Below the pieces are notes generated by a model. That model worked only from the letters and a program-made list of their open reading frames with translations. It was not told the origin of the DNA and did no database searches. A program made the position numbers and the translations under genes. DNA of 64,000 bases from the NCBI GenBank assembly GCA_013152945.1, contig JAADFL010000066.1, forward strand, positions 5,812 to 69,811. Reading direction: 5' to 3'. Within the stretch, counting starts at the first letter, position 1. Each line of letters begins with the position of its first letter. This DNA is from Deltaproteobacteria bacterium. GTDB lineage: Bacteria; Myxococcota_A; JAADFL01. Positions 27,536 through 36,123 of this stretch are shown in pieces.

Positions 27536-29697
27536 TGCCGGCTTTTACCCATCCGTGGCTGGCATGGGCTGCACTGGGGGCTGCGGCGATACCGGTTGTC
27601 ATACACCTTTTGCACAGACATAAAGTCGTGTCGACGTTGTTTCCTCCGGCCTTTCTACTACTGTCCGCGCTTGAAAAGAAGGCGAGAAGGGATAGGCTGA
27701 AAAACCTGATCATCCTGCTTTCAAGAATTGTTTTGGCGGCTTCGATCTTCCTTGCCGTGTCCATGCCGTACTTAAAAGCCCGGGATGATGTTGTATCAGT
27801 CGAATCGAAAAGGCCCGAGGCCGTTGCCATAGTGCTGGACGATTCGGCCAGCATGAGAACCTTGTCGCACGGAAAAACCATGTTCGAACGGGCGAAACAG
27901 GCTTTGAAACAGCGCTTATCCCTGCTTAATGATGTGGACGAGGCAGCGCTCGTATTGGCTTCCAGGCCGAAAAGCAGCAGCATCGGGGCTTTCAAACCGG
28001 CGGCAAATATCATGGATGAATTGAATGATGCGGAACCGGGTTACAGCCGTGTGCTGCTCAACCCGGGTCTCGAGACTGCGGCAGCCATGCTGCAACAGGA
28101 GAACAAGAGCAGGATAAAGGTCTTGATACTGGTTACGGACCGGGCCGCCAATGCCCTGGACCTTGAGAATCCGCCATGGCAGGGTGAGTTGAGACCTGAC
28201 AGGGTGGAAGTTATTACGCTCGAAGATCCCGATATCATCGACAACATGGCCGTTGTTGGAGCAGAGGTGCGAAAGAACGGGGAATCGGGTCCGGCCGGTT
28301 TCGAGGTCCTTGCAAGGGTGTCTTGCTTTTGCAGGAGCCCGCGTAAGGAAGTGCCGGTCAGGCTGCTTGTTGACGGTAGGGTCGAGGCCACGAGTTTTGT
28401 AGATCTTGATCCCGGCGGTATGGCGCAAGCCAGGTTCACGGTGAACCTGGACTCGCCGGGATTTCACAGTGGTGAAGTAAGAGTGGATTCGCACGATCCG
28501 TTCGAAGATGATGATTCCATGCCTGTTGTGTTACAGGCCGGTAAACGGGCCAGGCTGCTCGTGGTGGACGGCGCACCCAGCTCGATACCTTTCCTGGACG
28601 AGGTATTCTACCTGGAAAGGGCACTTGATCCCACGAGGGGGGGAAATCAAAAACTATCCATAAAGGTGATCGATCCCGAGGACCTGGCCGGTCAGGACAT
28701 GTCCGCGTACGATGTGTTGTTTCTGTGTAACATGCCGGCAGAGACCCTGGCTTTGGCCCTGGAACAGGTCGAAGGGTTCCTGGAAGAAGGAAACGGGGTT
28801 TTCCTTTCTGTGGGAGACAAGGTAGTTCCAAAGGATTATGCACGTCTCCTGGCAGGAATTCTTCCGGGTGAGCCCGTTGCCGTGTCCGGTACAGGCTCCC
28901 CGCAATCAGGCCTTGGTATCCGTGCAAAATTCCCGGGCGGCCCCATACTTGGTCCTGTGGAATCCGAGGCAGGTGAATCCCTGGCAAAGGCAAGGGTTTG
29001 GAAGTGGCTTTCCATGAAACCGGGCCGTGACACAAGGACCGTGCTCACCCTGTCGAACGGCGCGCCCCTCTTGATAATTGCATACAAGGGCCGCGGCAGG
29101 GTGCTGTTTTTAACAACGAGCATTGACAGGAACTGGACTGATTTCCCCATTTCTCCGGTATACTTGCCCGTGTTGCAAAGGTCTGCCTATTTCCTGGCCA
29201 AAGACCTGGTGTGGGGTGGAAAGAACCAGGTCGAGGTCGGCCAAAAAAGAAAAATCAAGGTAATTGGCAGACCGGGAAAGGTCGAGGTAAGCGTAAAGGG
29301 GCCGTCAGGGCGTGTCTTCAAACTCGGTAAACCTGCAGGCCCGGGTAATGCCCGTTTTGTTTTCAGTGAAATAAAGCGTCCGGGGATTTTCCATGTCATG
29401 GTAAATAATGACGTGGTGGATGCATTTGCAGCAGTAATGAACCCGGCCGAGTCAGACCTGACAAGGTTGCCGGCCCCGGCCCTGGAAAAGTTTTTAACCA
29501 GCAAGACCGGCAGATACGTGGAAGTGCCCGAATCAGGAGCAGGGAAAGACAAGCCTCTTTGGGCCTGGTTCCTGTTGATTGCCGTCATGGCTGCGTTGCT
29601 GGAGAGTTTGTTGAGGGCGGGCCCGATCAAGGCCAGTTGGCGTGCACGTAGTAGGATACGGCAAGCACGCTGGACAAGAGGAGCCAGCCCACGGTGA
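27532..29697 (+). CDS. BatA-like membrane protein: aerotolerance-regulator N-terminal TM domain plus von Willebrand factor A domain
   Basis: N-terminus WLAWAALGAAAIPVVIHLLHR... (BatA_N). vWA MIDAS start VAIVLDDSASM. C-terminal TM helix LWAWFLLIAVMAALL. Start overlaps the upstream stop (ATGA). Confidence 0.75.
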   Translation: MMPAFTHPWLAWAALGAAAIPVVIHLLHRHKVVSTLFPPAFLLLSALEKKARRDRLKNLIILLSRIVLAASIFLAVSMPYLKARDDVVSVESKRPEAVAIVLDDSASMRTLSHGKTMFERAKQALKQRLSLLNDVDEAALVLASRPKSSSIGAFKPAANIMDELNDAEPGYSRVLLNPGLETAAAMLQQENKSRIKVLILVTDRAANALDLENPPWQGELRPDRVEVITLEDPDIIDNMAVVGAEVRKNGESGPAGFEVLARVSCFCRSPRKEVPVRLLVDGRVEATSFVDLDPGGMAQARFTVNLDSPGFHSGEVRVDSHDPFEDDDSMPVVLQAGKRARLLVVDGAPSSIPFLDEVFYLERALDPTRGGNQKLSIKVIDPEDLAGQDMSAYDVLFLCNMPAETLALALEQVEGFLEEGNGVFLSVGDKVVPKDYARLLAGILPGEPVAVSGTGSPQSGLGIRAKFPGGPILGPVESEAGESLAKARVWKWLSMKPGRDTRTVLTLSNGAPLLIIAYKGRGRVLFLTTSIDRNWTDFPISPVYLPVLQRSAYFLAKDLVWGGKNQVEVGQKRKIKVIGRPGKVEVSVKGPSGRVFKLGKPAGPGNARFVFSEIKRPGIFHVMVNNDVVDAFAAVMNPAESDLTRLPAPALEKFLTSKTGRYVEVPESGAGKDKPLWAWFLLIAVMAALLESLLRAGPIKASWRARSRIRQARWTRGASPR

Positions 29698-29954
29698 AAT
29701 GAACGGCCTTATTGTTCCAGATCCGTGCAGGCAACAGCACGACCAACAGAGATGCAAGAAGCGCGGCTATGGAGCTCCACAGGATTTGACCGTAGTACAT
29801 CATGGGAACAGTGCCGCCCACGGCGGTCAACTTCCATGCCCTGTCCAGCGGGTTGTACCTGAGCACAGGTAAACGCATGGCGTTTACCATGATCATGGCC
29901 AGGTTGAAGAAAACAGCGCCGAGGAGGGCTGCAGGCAGCTTTTTCGAACCTTCC
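29627..29954 (-). CDS. Small hypothetical integral membrane protein (about 109 aa)
   Basis: MEGSKKLPAALLGAVFFNLAMIMV... with three TM helices. The longer 213-aa ORF in the track is an unlikely N-terminal extension that overlaps the upstream gene. Confidence 0.4.
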
Positions 29955-29955
29955 A

Positions 29956-30453
29956 TCACGCTACTCCAAGCGATTTCACGGTGGTGGTGTACCAACCGAT
30001 GATCGCCACAGACCAGATGAGGAAAAACCAGAGATAGAGGGAAGCAAGGTAGAGCAAACCGAATACCTTGTCCCGGGCCTTGCAAAACCGCTTGACTCCG
30101 GCAAACAGGAAAACGCTTAAAGGAAGTGTGAAGACTGCAAGGTACTCTTTGATGTCGAAGAGTTTTCCGACACCAGGCGCTGTATTGTTGATGAAAGCTA
30201 CGCGGATATTTGCTTTGTATTCGGGATAGATCAGAAATCCGAGGGCGAGCACGACAAGACCTACGCAAAGGGAGATGGTTACGAACCTTTCGAGTCTGCA
30301 GTGTCCTGTTTGGCCGGACAGGTGTCTTCTGGTGGCCGACAGCAGGACATGCGCGGATATCCCGGCAAAGGCGACTCCGGCGACTGCATGGAAGAAGAAG
30401 AGGGGCCTTGCGGCGAAATGAAGGAAGACATTGGGATCAATATTCGCTTGCAT
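29956..30453 (-). CDS. Small hypothetical integral membrane protein (165 aa)
   Basis: Five predicted TM segments. Its TGA stop overlaps the ATG of the next gene (TGATG). Confidence 0.45.
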   Translation of the reverse strand: MQANIDPNVFLHFAARPLFFFHAVAGVAFAGISAHVLLSATRRHLSGQTGHCRLERFVTISLCVGLVVLALGFLIYPEYKANIRVAFINNTAPGVGKLFDIKEYLAVFTLPLSVFLFAGVKRFCKARDKVFGLLYLASLYLWFFLIWSVAIIGWYTTTVKSLGVA

Positions 30454-30500
30454 GCAGGCCTCTATTCATTGAAATCAATGGGTACAGGTTGTGCCTGGCA

Positions 30501-30600
30501 TTGTCAAGACTGATTGGCATTGTGTGATAGCCGAATTAAAATATCAGGCATACTGCCGGGTGAAAATGTCAACCGGAAGGGGATGTGTCAGTGCCGGATC
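30501..30600 (+). repeat. Copy A of a conserved non-coding element, about 100 nt
   Basis: TTGTCAA-N15-GTGTGATAGCCGAATTAAAATATCAGGCATACTGCCGGGTGAAAATGTCAACCGGAAGGGGATGTGTCAG aligns at about 85% identity with 40590-40690, with the same spacing to the upstream TTGTCAA. Confidence 0.6.
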
Positions 30601-30762
30601 TTCGCAGATTCATTCAACCAAATGGAGGTGAATGACCAACCTTGACAAGCCAATGATGCGCAGTATATCCAGTCCTGGAAACGAGGAAAGCCCGGGAAGA
30701 AGTGATCAGGGGAATCAACAGGGGGGTAGTGCACTGCCTATGTATTCGAAAGGGATGATAAA

Positions 30763-31926
30763 ATGAGCCCATATACATTCAAAGAGGATAGCGCAACAGA
30801 CAATGCACCAGTGAAAGCGGCTGCAGCGGGCGTGGGCATCTTCATTTTGGGCATTGTGCTCCTCTTTACCGTTGGTCGGCCCATGGGTTGGCCCCTAGGT
30901 TGGTGGTTCAACAGTATTTTCATAGGTATGGGCGCAATGTTTTTCGGCTTTGCCATGGTTGACGTGTTCAGGGACCCTGCTCGGACACCTTCAGCAGATG
31001 ACATAGACATCCCCGGTGCGGGACCGAACACCAGTATAGCCTTTCTGATCTTGGGGCCGGCCATCCTGCTTTTGGCAGTATTCATGGGTGCGGTTTTCCC
31101 AGTGCCTCAAATAGATCAGAAGACCACGGATAATTTAATCGGAGGCCCGCCCGCAGTTCGGGTCTGCCAGGCCGCGCCTTTCCGTGGGTGCCTGGACAAG
31201 GGGCGGTTCATGGGACGGTTCGAAGGCTTGTACTTGGCCTCACTTGAGACCTCGGGCCGTGTGAGTGACGTGAAGTTCCAGAGCAACCTCTCCCAAGGCG
31301 CGCTCCAATGCCTGGAGAACAAGATTCTGGCCTTGCAGGTAAAAGACTATCATGGTGACCGCATGGCTGTGATGTGCCAGTTCATTGGCTCCTCCATGCC
31401 GGCCGTGTTCAAGATCAGCCTGAATCCAGGGTACCGGCGCCTCGAAGCAGGTGAGCCCCTGATGCGGCCGGGTCCCGGCGGCACGGACACCCGGACCGGG
31501 ACGGAAACAGCAGGTCAGGCGCAACCCGGGAGCCTGCCGGTTGAACATCCCAATGTCCAAGCGCACTGGAGCGGTTTGCTTGCCACGCCGAACTGCACCT
31601 TCTGGAGTGGTCCGGAGCACTTGGGCCGAGACGACATCCTGGGCACCGGCGCAGTGCTTACGCAGGAGAAAGGGCGGGCGACCCTGCTCTTCGGCGGGTC
31701 CATCGCCTTCTCGGGACGCTGGGATGACGGCGCCCTGACCTTACGGCGCAAGAGCCGGCATCAAGGGGGGAGATGGGAGGTCACCGAGACCTTGACCCTG
31801 CGTAAAAAAGGACGTCGTGTCCTGGCGGGTGAATACCTGTACACCGAGTGCGATCATGCCGGCAAGGAAGGCTGTCCGGGCCCATGCCGGATTCAAGCCG
31901 CAGTGGAGATCCGACCGGAGCCGTAA
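30763..31926 (+). CDS. Hypothetical membrane protein (387 aa)
   Basis: Three or four N-terminal TM helices, then a roughly 250-aa soluble region with several Cys. No recognisable motif. Confidence 0.5.
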   Translation: MSPYTFKEDSATDNAPVKAAAAGVGIFILGIVLLFTVGRPMGWPLGWWFNSIFIGMGAMFFGFAMVDVFRDPARTPSADDIDIPGAGPNTSIAFLILGPAILLLAVFMGAVFPVPQIDQKTTDNLIGGPPAVRVCQAAPFRGCLDKGRFMGRFEGLYLASLETSGRVSDVKFQSNLSQGALQCLENKILALQVKDYHGDRMAVMCQFIGSSMPAVFKISLNPGYRRLEAGEPLMRPGPGGTDTRTGTETAGQAQPGSLPVEHPNVQAHWSGLLATPNCTFWSGPEHLGRDDILGTGAVLTQEKGRATLLFGGSIAFSGRWDDGALTLRRKSRHQGGRWEVTETLTLRKKGRRVLAGEYLYTECDHAGKEGCPGPCRIQAAVEIRPEP

Positions 31927-32160
31927 TCCATGCATTTCGAGCCGTGGCCATGGGTTTTCGAATCTGCGAGTTGGTCACTGTTTTGGAATACCTTGGTTTT
32001 CCAAAAAACGGGAACGGACGGGAACGGGGACGGAGGGAACTGGTCCTGTGAAAATATGGATGATTTGAATATCCTTGGTGCCCGGAGTCCGCAGGAACGT
32101 GCGCAAAGCCTGTCCTTGGCAGAGGCTGCTTTCGGCTCGAGGCGACTCGACGGCTTTCCC

Positions 32161-32189
32161 TTGTTCTTAGCCAGGCAGGCGACTATAAT
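32161..32189 (+). promoter_or_regulatory. Sigma-70-like promoter
   Basis: TTGTTC, a 17-nt spacer, then a perfect TATAAT at 32184-32189, about 90 nt upstream of the 32279 ATG. Confidence 0.4.
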
Positions 32190-32278
32190 GCGTCACGTCA
32201 ACTCGATAGTCAGTGATCGCGCCTGCGCTTGCATAGAAGCTTTGGATTACCTCTAGGTAGGCCGGGAAAGGAAGTGGA

Positions 32279-33097
32279 ATGAAATCAGAGCAGAGACTTC
32301 GGGATTTCACTCTTCGTTTCATCCAGATTCTCGTTTGGTTCGAGATACTATGGGCAGCAGTGTTTCTCGCGGGCCTGGTATTCCAATGGTCCGGGCTTAC
32401 CGACCAGCTCGCGTCAGCATTCTTCGGCAGTGGCTTCTGCGCCGTCCTGGTCCTCTTGGCCCTTGTGCTGCTTAACGTTGTTACCAACTTGAACATCATC
32501 TCCAAGGTCCAGGTCCAGAGGATGACCGGAGCCGATGTGGAGGAGTCGAAGCCCGGCTCTTTCATCAAGACCATTGGCATAGCAGGAGGTCTCATCGGCC
32601 TCGTGATCCTGTCCCTTTGGTTCGCCGAGTGGCGGCTCTACCAGGCCAAGGTTTCCCAGAGTGAGACAAAGATCGAGTCCCTCGTGGGCACGGATCTCCT
32701 GGATGAAGCCCTCGACCTGGTCAAGCAGGATGGTCCCGCATCAGAACTCGCAAAGGTGCGCGAGGCCCTGGCCACGTCTGTACAGAGCGGGGCGCGCCTG
32801 TCATTCATCTTACCCCGCAAGGTTAAAGACGTGACCGTGTACTACGAGTCCACGGCCTGGTGGTACGGGCAGAAAGACCAGGACAAGAAGATCTCCGAGG
32901 TAAGCCTGCCCAGGTTCGTGCCCATCAACTCGGAGCGCGACAAGTGGGAGGAGATGATCAAGGGTGAAATAAAGGGTTTTTCGGTTTCGTCCGGCGAAAA
33001 CTTGAGGACGTTCCGAAGGATCGTTAAGGATGGCCAGGAGCTAATCCTCCTTATCGACACGGGACGCCGCTCCGACTACAAAAGGAGCAGCTTCTGA
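32279..33097 (+). CDS. Hypothetical membrane protein (272 aa)
   Basis: Three TM helices in the first 120 residues, then a charged soluble domain. No recognisable motif. Confidence 0.5.
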   Translation: MKSEQRLRDFTLRFIQILVWFEILWAAVFLAGLVFQWSGLTDQLASAFFGSGFCAVLVLLALVLLNVVTNLNIISKVQVQRMTGADVEESKPGSFIKTIGIAGGLIGLVILSLWFAEWRLYQAKVSQSETKIESLVGTDLLDEALDLVKQDGPASELAKVREALATSVQSGARLSFILPRKVKDVTVYYESTAWWYGQKDQDKKISEVSLPRFVPINSERDKWEEMIKGEIKGFSVSSGENLRTFRRIVKDGQELILLIDTGRRSDYKRSSF

Positions 33098-33279
33098 GGA
33101 ATCTGGCCGTACGCTGGTTATGAAGTGCTCCAAATAAAAGCCTTTGTCCCCGCCCCGCCCCGTCCCCGATTCCCGGTTCCCCCACCCCCGTTTGCTACCT
33201 CCCCGGGTATTTCCTCCGTGTCAGATAGTTGCCTTATACTTTGTCATGTATGTGAGAGAAGAAATTCGGAGGAAGTCCT

Positions 33280-34770
33280 ATGGATGAAAATAATAACAAA
33301 AAAGTGCATGGCCGGAAAGACGGCCTGGTCGGAGTTCTTCGCACGAGATTGGCCGGAAACAGTTATTATGCCCCGGTGACGATACGGGATTTTTTCACGT
33401 TCGAAAGGGATCCGTCGAATCCGCATGACAGTAACGCCGTGATGGTCATGAAGAACGGTTCCCGGGTTGCAGGACACCTGCCCGCCAGGGTGGTGTCGTG
33501 GCTCTCCGAGTTGCTGGACAATGACGTGGTGAGACTGTCAGGTGGAAGGATCGACCGTGAATACAGCGAGTACAAGCATGCGCCGTACTTGTCCATCGAC
33601 GTTATTGCCGGCGAATCGTGGGAAGACGTGTCAAGACCATTCGAAGGACCTGTAAACGAATTCGAGTCACTGCATAACCTGGTGTTGGCCGCGTACGACG
33701 GGGCGTCCAAATCCCCTGGATTCTCCAGAGATCTATATCGCAGAATCAAGCACTTGAAACAGGGTGACCTGCTGCCGGGTACCATGTTGTTGCTCAAGCT
33801 CATTCCATCCATGGAACGTGTGGCGTCTTGGGGCAAGCGTATGGGTGAGGTTCGTGCGGCTGCAGACAGGTTGGAGCAGGTGGCTGTGTCAGAGGCTGTT
33901 CATGCAGGCTGGTTCACGATTTTCCCTTTACATGGAGATGGCAGGAACCACGTGCCTTACGTGTTACTGTCCGATGCCGTGACATCGGGTGCGGCCTCGG
34001 TGCATGAAAAGGACGGGCACGGCTTCGTGCCCGAGATCGTCCTGCACAACAACCTTGGCGTACCAATCCTTATCAACGAGGGAGAATTGCTGGTGGGAGC
34101 CAAGCAGGATCGGACTATAAATGTCACTATAATGGCTCCGGCCGAATCCGAATTCGTGGTGCCTGTAAGCTGTGTTGAGGCAGGCAGGTGGCACCACACG
34201 TCTGAAGGATTCTCGGCCGAGAGCGTTGCACCGAGAAAGGTAAGACACACGAAGCTGAAGTCGGTAATCCATTCCGTGATGGCAGGCGGCGCCGCGCGAA
34301 GTGACCAGGAAGGAGTGTGGGAGAGCGTGTCCAGCCTTCTGAATGAAGCAGACACCCGGTCCCGAACCTCGTGCGTGACCGATGCCATACGCCATGAAAG
34401 AGAGAATAACGAACTTCTTGACCATAAGCCGGATTTGCCGGGAGATACGAGAGGGGTGGTCGTGACCCTTGGAGATAAGCTTCTTGGCATCGAACTCTTC
34501 GATTCTCCGGGAACTTTCGGCAAGCTATGGAAGAGGATCTGGGAGTCGTACGTGGTCGGTACCCCGCCCAAACAGGAACAGGAAGCAAAGGGCCCCGAGC
34601 CCGATCCTGAATTTGCAAAGAAACTGGTCCAAGAGATTACAACCAGGCTCGAGCCGTCTCCCGTGTCTCTCGGCGAGGGGGTCGAGGTAGTGGTGAAAAC
34701 CGGGGACATGGTTGGATCCGGCGTGGTATACGATGGTGTGCTCTGTGCGCTTTCAGTGCTTTCAGGTTGA
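33280..34770 (+). CDS. HIRAN-domain protein with a large uncharacterized C-terminal domain
   Basis: N-terminus GNSYYAPVTIRDFFTFERDPSNPHDSNAVMVMKNGSRVAGHLPARVVSWLSELLD matches the HIRAN signature (G..Y...........L.REP.N..D.NAI.V......IG.LPR..A..L..LLD). The remaining roughly 390 aa (PILINEGELLVGAKQDRTINVTIMAPAESEFVVPVSCVEAGRWH...) is unassigned. Confidence 0.65.
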   Translation: MDENNNKKVHGRKDGLVGVLRTRLAGNSYYAPVTIRDFFTFERDPSNPHDSNAVMVMKNGSRVAGHLPARVVSWLSELLDNDVVRLSGGRIDREYSEYKHAPYLSIDVIAGESWEDVSRPFEGPVNEFESLHNLVLAAYDGASKSPGFSRDLYRRIKHLKQGDLLPGTMLLLKLIPSMERVASWGKRMGEVRAAADRLEQVAVSEAVHAGWFTIFPLHGDGRNHVPYVLLSDAVTSGAASVHEKDGHGFVPEIVLHNNLGVPILINEGELLVGAKQDRTINVTIMAPAESEFVVPVSCVEAGRWHHTSEGFSAESVAPRKVRHTKLKSVIHSVMAGGAARSDQEGVWESVSSLLNEADTRSRTSCVTDAIRHERENNELLDHKPDLPGDTRGVVVTLGDKLLGIELFDSPGTFGKLWKRIWESYVVGTPPKQEQEAKGPEPDPEFAKKLVQEITTRLEPSPVSLGEGVEVVVKTGDMVGSGVVYDGVLCALSVLSG

Positions 34771-35052
34771 TGCCCATCTCGTAAAGGTGGCATAGCCGCT
34801 GCCAATAAAATTTTTCCCGTTAAATACTGGAAAAGGCTAATGGCAATGGTTCAAAAAACGGAGCTCGTATTTCGCAACCAAAGATGACCGGGCGCCGATG
34901 GCCGGTATTACCTCGCAGCTTTCACCAAAACCGGCCGCCGCTACCTTGAATCGCTAATGATATCAAGAAATAAAAAGCCTCCGTCCCCGGTTGCCGCGTC
35001 CGGTTGCCGTCCAAAAATAGGAATAAATAGGTAAACGAAACAACTCGGTGCA

Positions 35053-35658
35053 TTAAACGTCGTAACCTGAGCATGGTATGCACACGTGGCGGTCACCGAC
35101 CACCCGAAGGTACGGAGCGGCCACCAGTTCACCGCACTCGGCGCAAGGATGCAATCCCATTATCTCCCCGAATTCCTCCCAGGGATGAATCTTGACCTCA
35201 CCAATGCTCACAACCTCTTCTTCAGGCGCCTCCCAAAGCACGTTAACCATTTCCCATGCCTCTTCTTCAGGTATTTGCGTCGGCGGGATGCCTGCGGCAC
35301 GCTTTTTCATGAATGATGATCCGGCCACCTGCTTGTGCCTCGTGGGCTTGTACGAGACTCGAACCGACTTCTCGTTCTTCTTGTCTATCAACGTGAACGC
35401 CAGTTTTCCCCATCCTGTCTTTTCTATACAGTACTTGCCAAGGGTACATCCTGTGGCGTACTGGACTCCATCGGCAAAGCACTGCGCACCATGGTTGTCG
35501 CCTATCTCGAGTATACAATGAAGTTCACCTGCAGAGCCGGCCCTCTTGACGCCCAGGGCTCTCATAGCAACCAACGCAGTTCTGACGCCCACCGTACTGG
35601 CCCAGCACTTGTGACCGTGAAACCTGAATGCCTCCAAAAGCACTTCCTTGTCAGACAT
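35053..35658 (-). CDS. FmdE-family protein (formylmethanofuran dehydrogenase subunit E-like) with C-terminal zinc ribbon
   Basis: FHGHKCWASTVGVRTALVAMRALG is the FmdE signature. C-terminal CAECGELV...CIPC zinc ribbon. Confidence 0.72.
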   Translation of the reverse strand: MSDKEVLLEAFRFHGHKCWASTVGVRTALVAMRALGVKRAGSAGELHCILEIGDNHGAQCFADGVQYATGCTLGKYCIEKTGWGKLAFTLIDKKNEKSVRVSYKPTRHKQVAGSSFMKKRAAGIPPTQIPEEEAWEMVNVLWEAPEEEVVSIGEVKIHPWEEFGEIMGLHPCAECGELVAAPYLRVVGDRHVCIPCSGYDV

Positions 35659-36123
35659 TTTAAACTCCTTTCTTTCCTCTTCTGTTTTCCATCGTGATCT
35701 TTCTTGTTTTGTTGTCTCTTATCCTCTTGTCCTCAATCAGGACCCGTCCGGCCGGCACCTGCATGGACCAATTACTCCTCTCGTCGCGCTCTTGAGTATT
35801 CCCGCCGTAACAAGGCCTATGACCACGGTGAACACACCAACGCCAAGGGCACGCGCTATACGGCTATCTCTATTCCGAGTGTCCTTGCAGGCAAAGAGAC
35901 TTGCATTACATTGATAGCTGGTCCCATGTACAGGAACGCACTTACCGGTCCAAGCCATGCCGACTTTTTCCAATCTTTCATTCAGCGGCAACATCCTTTG
36001 AGCTTCCAATTACCCGCGGAAATATTTATTATGGTATTTTGGCCATATTGTCAATATAAAAAGCAAAAGGTTTACCCGGATGATCCGTGCCTGATCGGCC
36101 ATATCAGAACTTATCTTTCAATG

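Noticed and set aside
27438-29035. Series of minus-strand ORFs (191, 192, 132, 199 aa)
   Set aside because: All are antisense to the BatA-like vWA gene, with biased Arg/Pro/Gly composition.
29627-30268. 213-aa minus-strand ORF
   Set aside because: The N-terminal 105 residues overlap the upstream membrane gene in another frame and are Arg/Pro-rich. The real gene most likely starts at the internal MEGSKK (29954) with TGATG coupling.
30521-30545. Sigma-54 (-24/-12) promoter inside the conserved element (TGGTACTGCC / GGCATACTGCC)
   Set aside because: The GG-to-GC spacing is 6 nt rather than 10 nt, so it does not fit the TGGCAC-N5-TTGC consensus.
33957-34805. 282-aa and 153-aa minus-strand ORFs
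   Set aside because: They are antisense to the HIRAN-domain gene.
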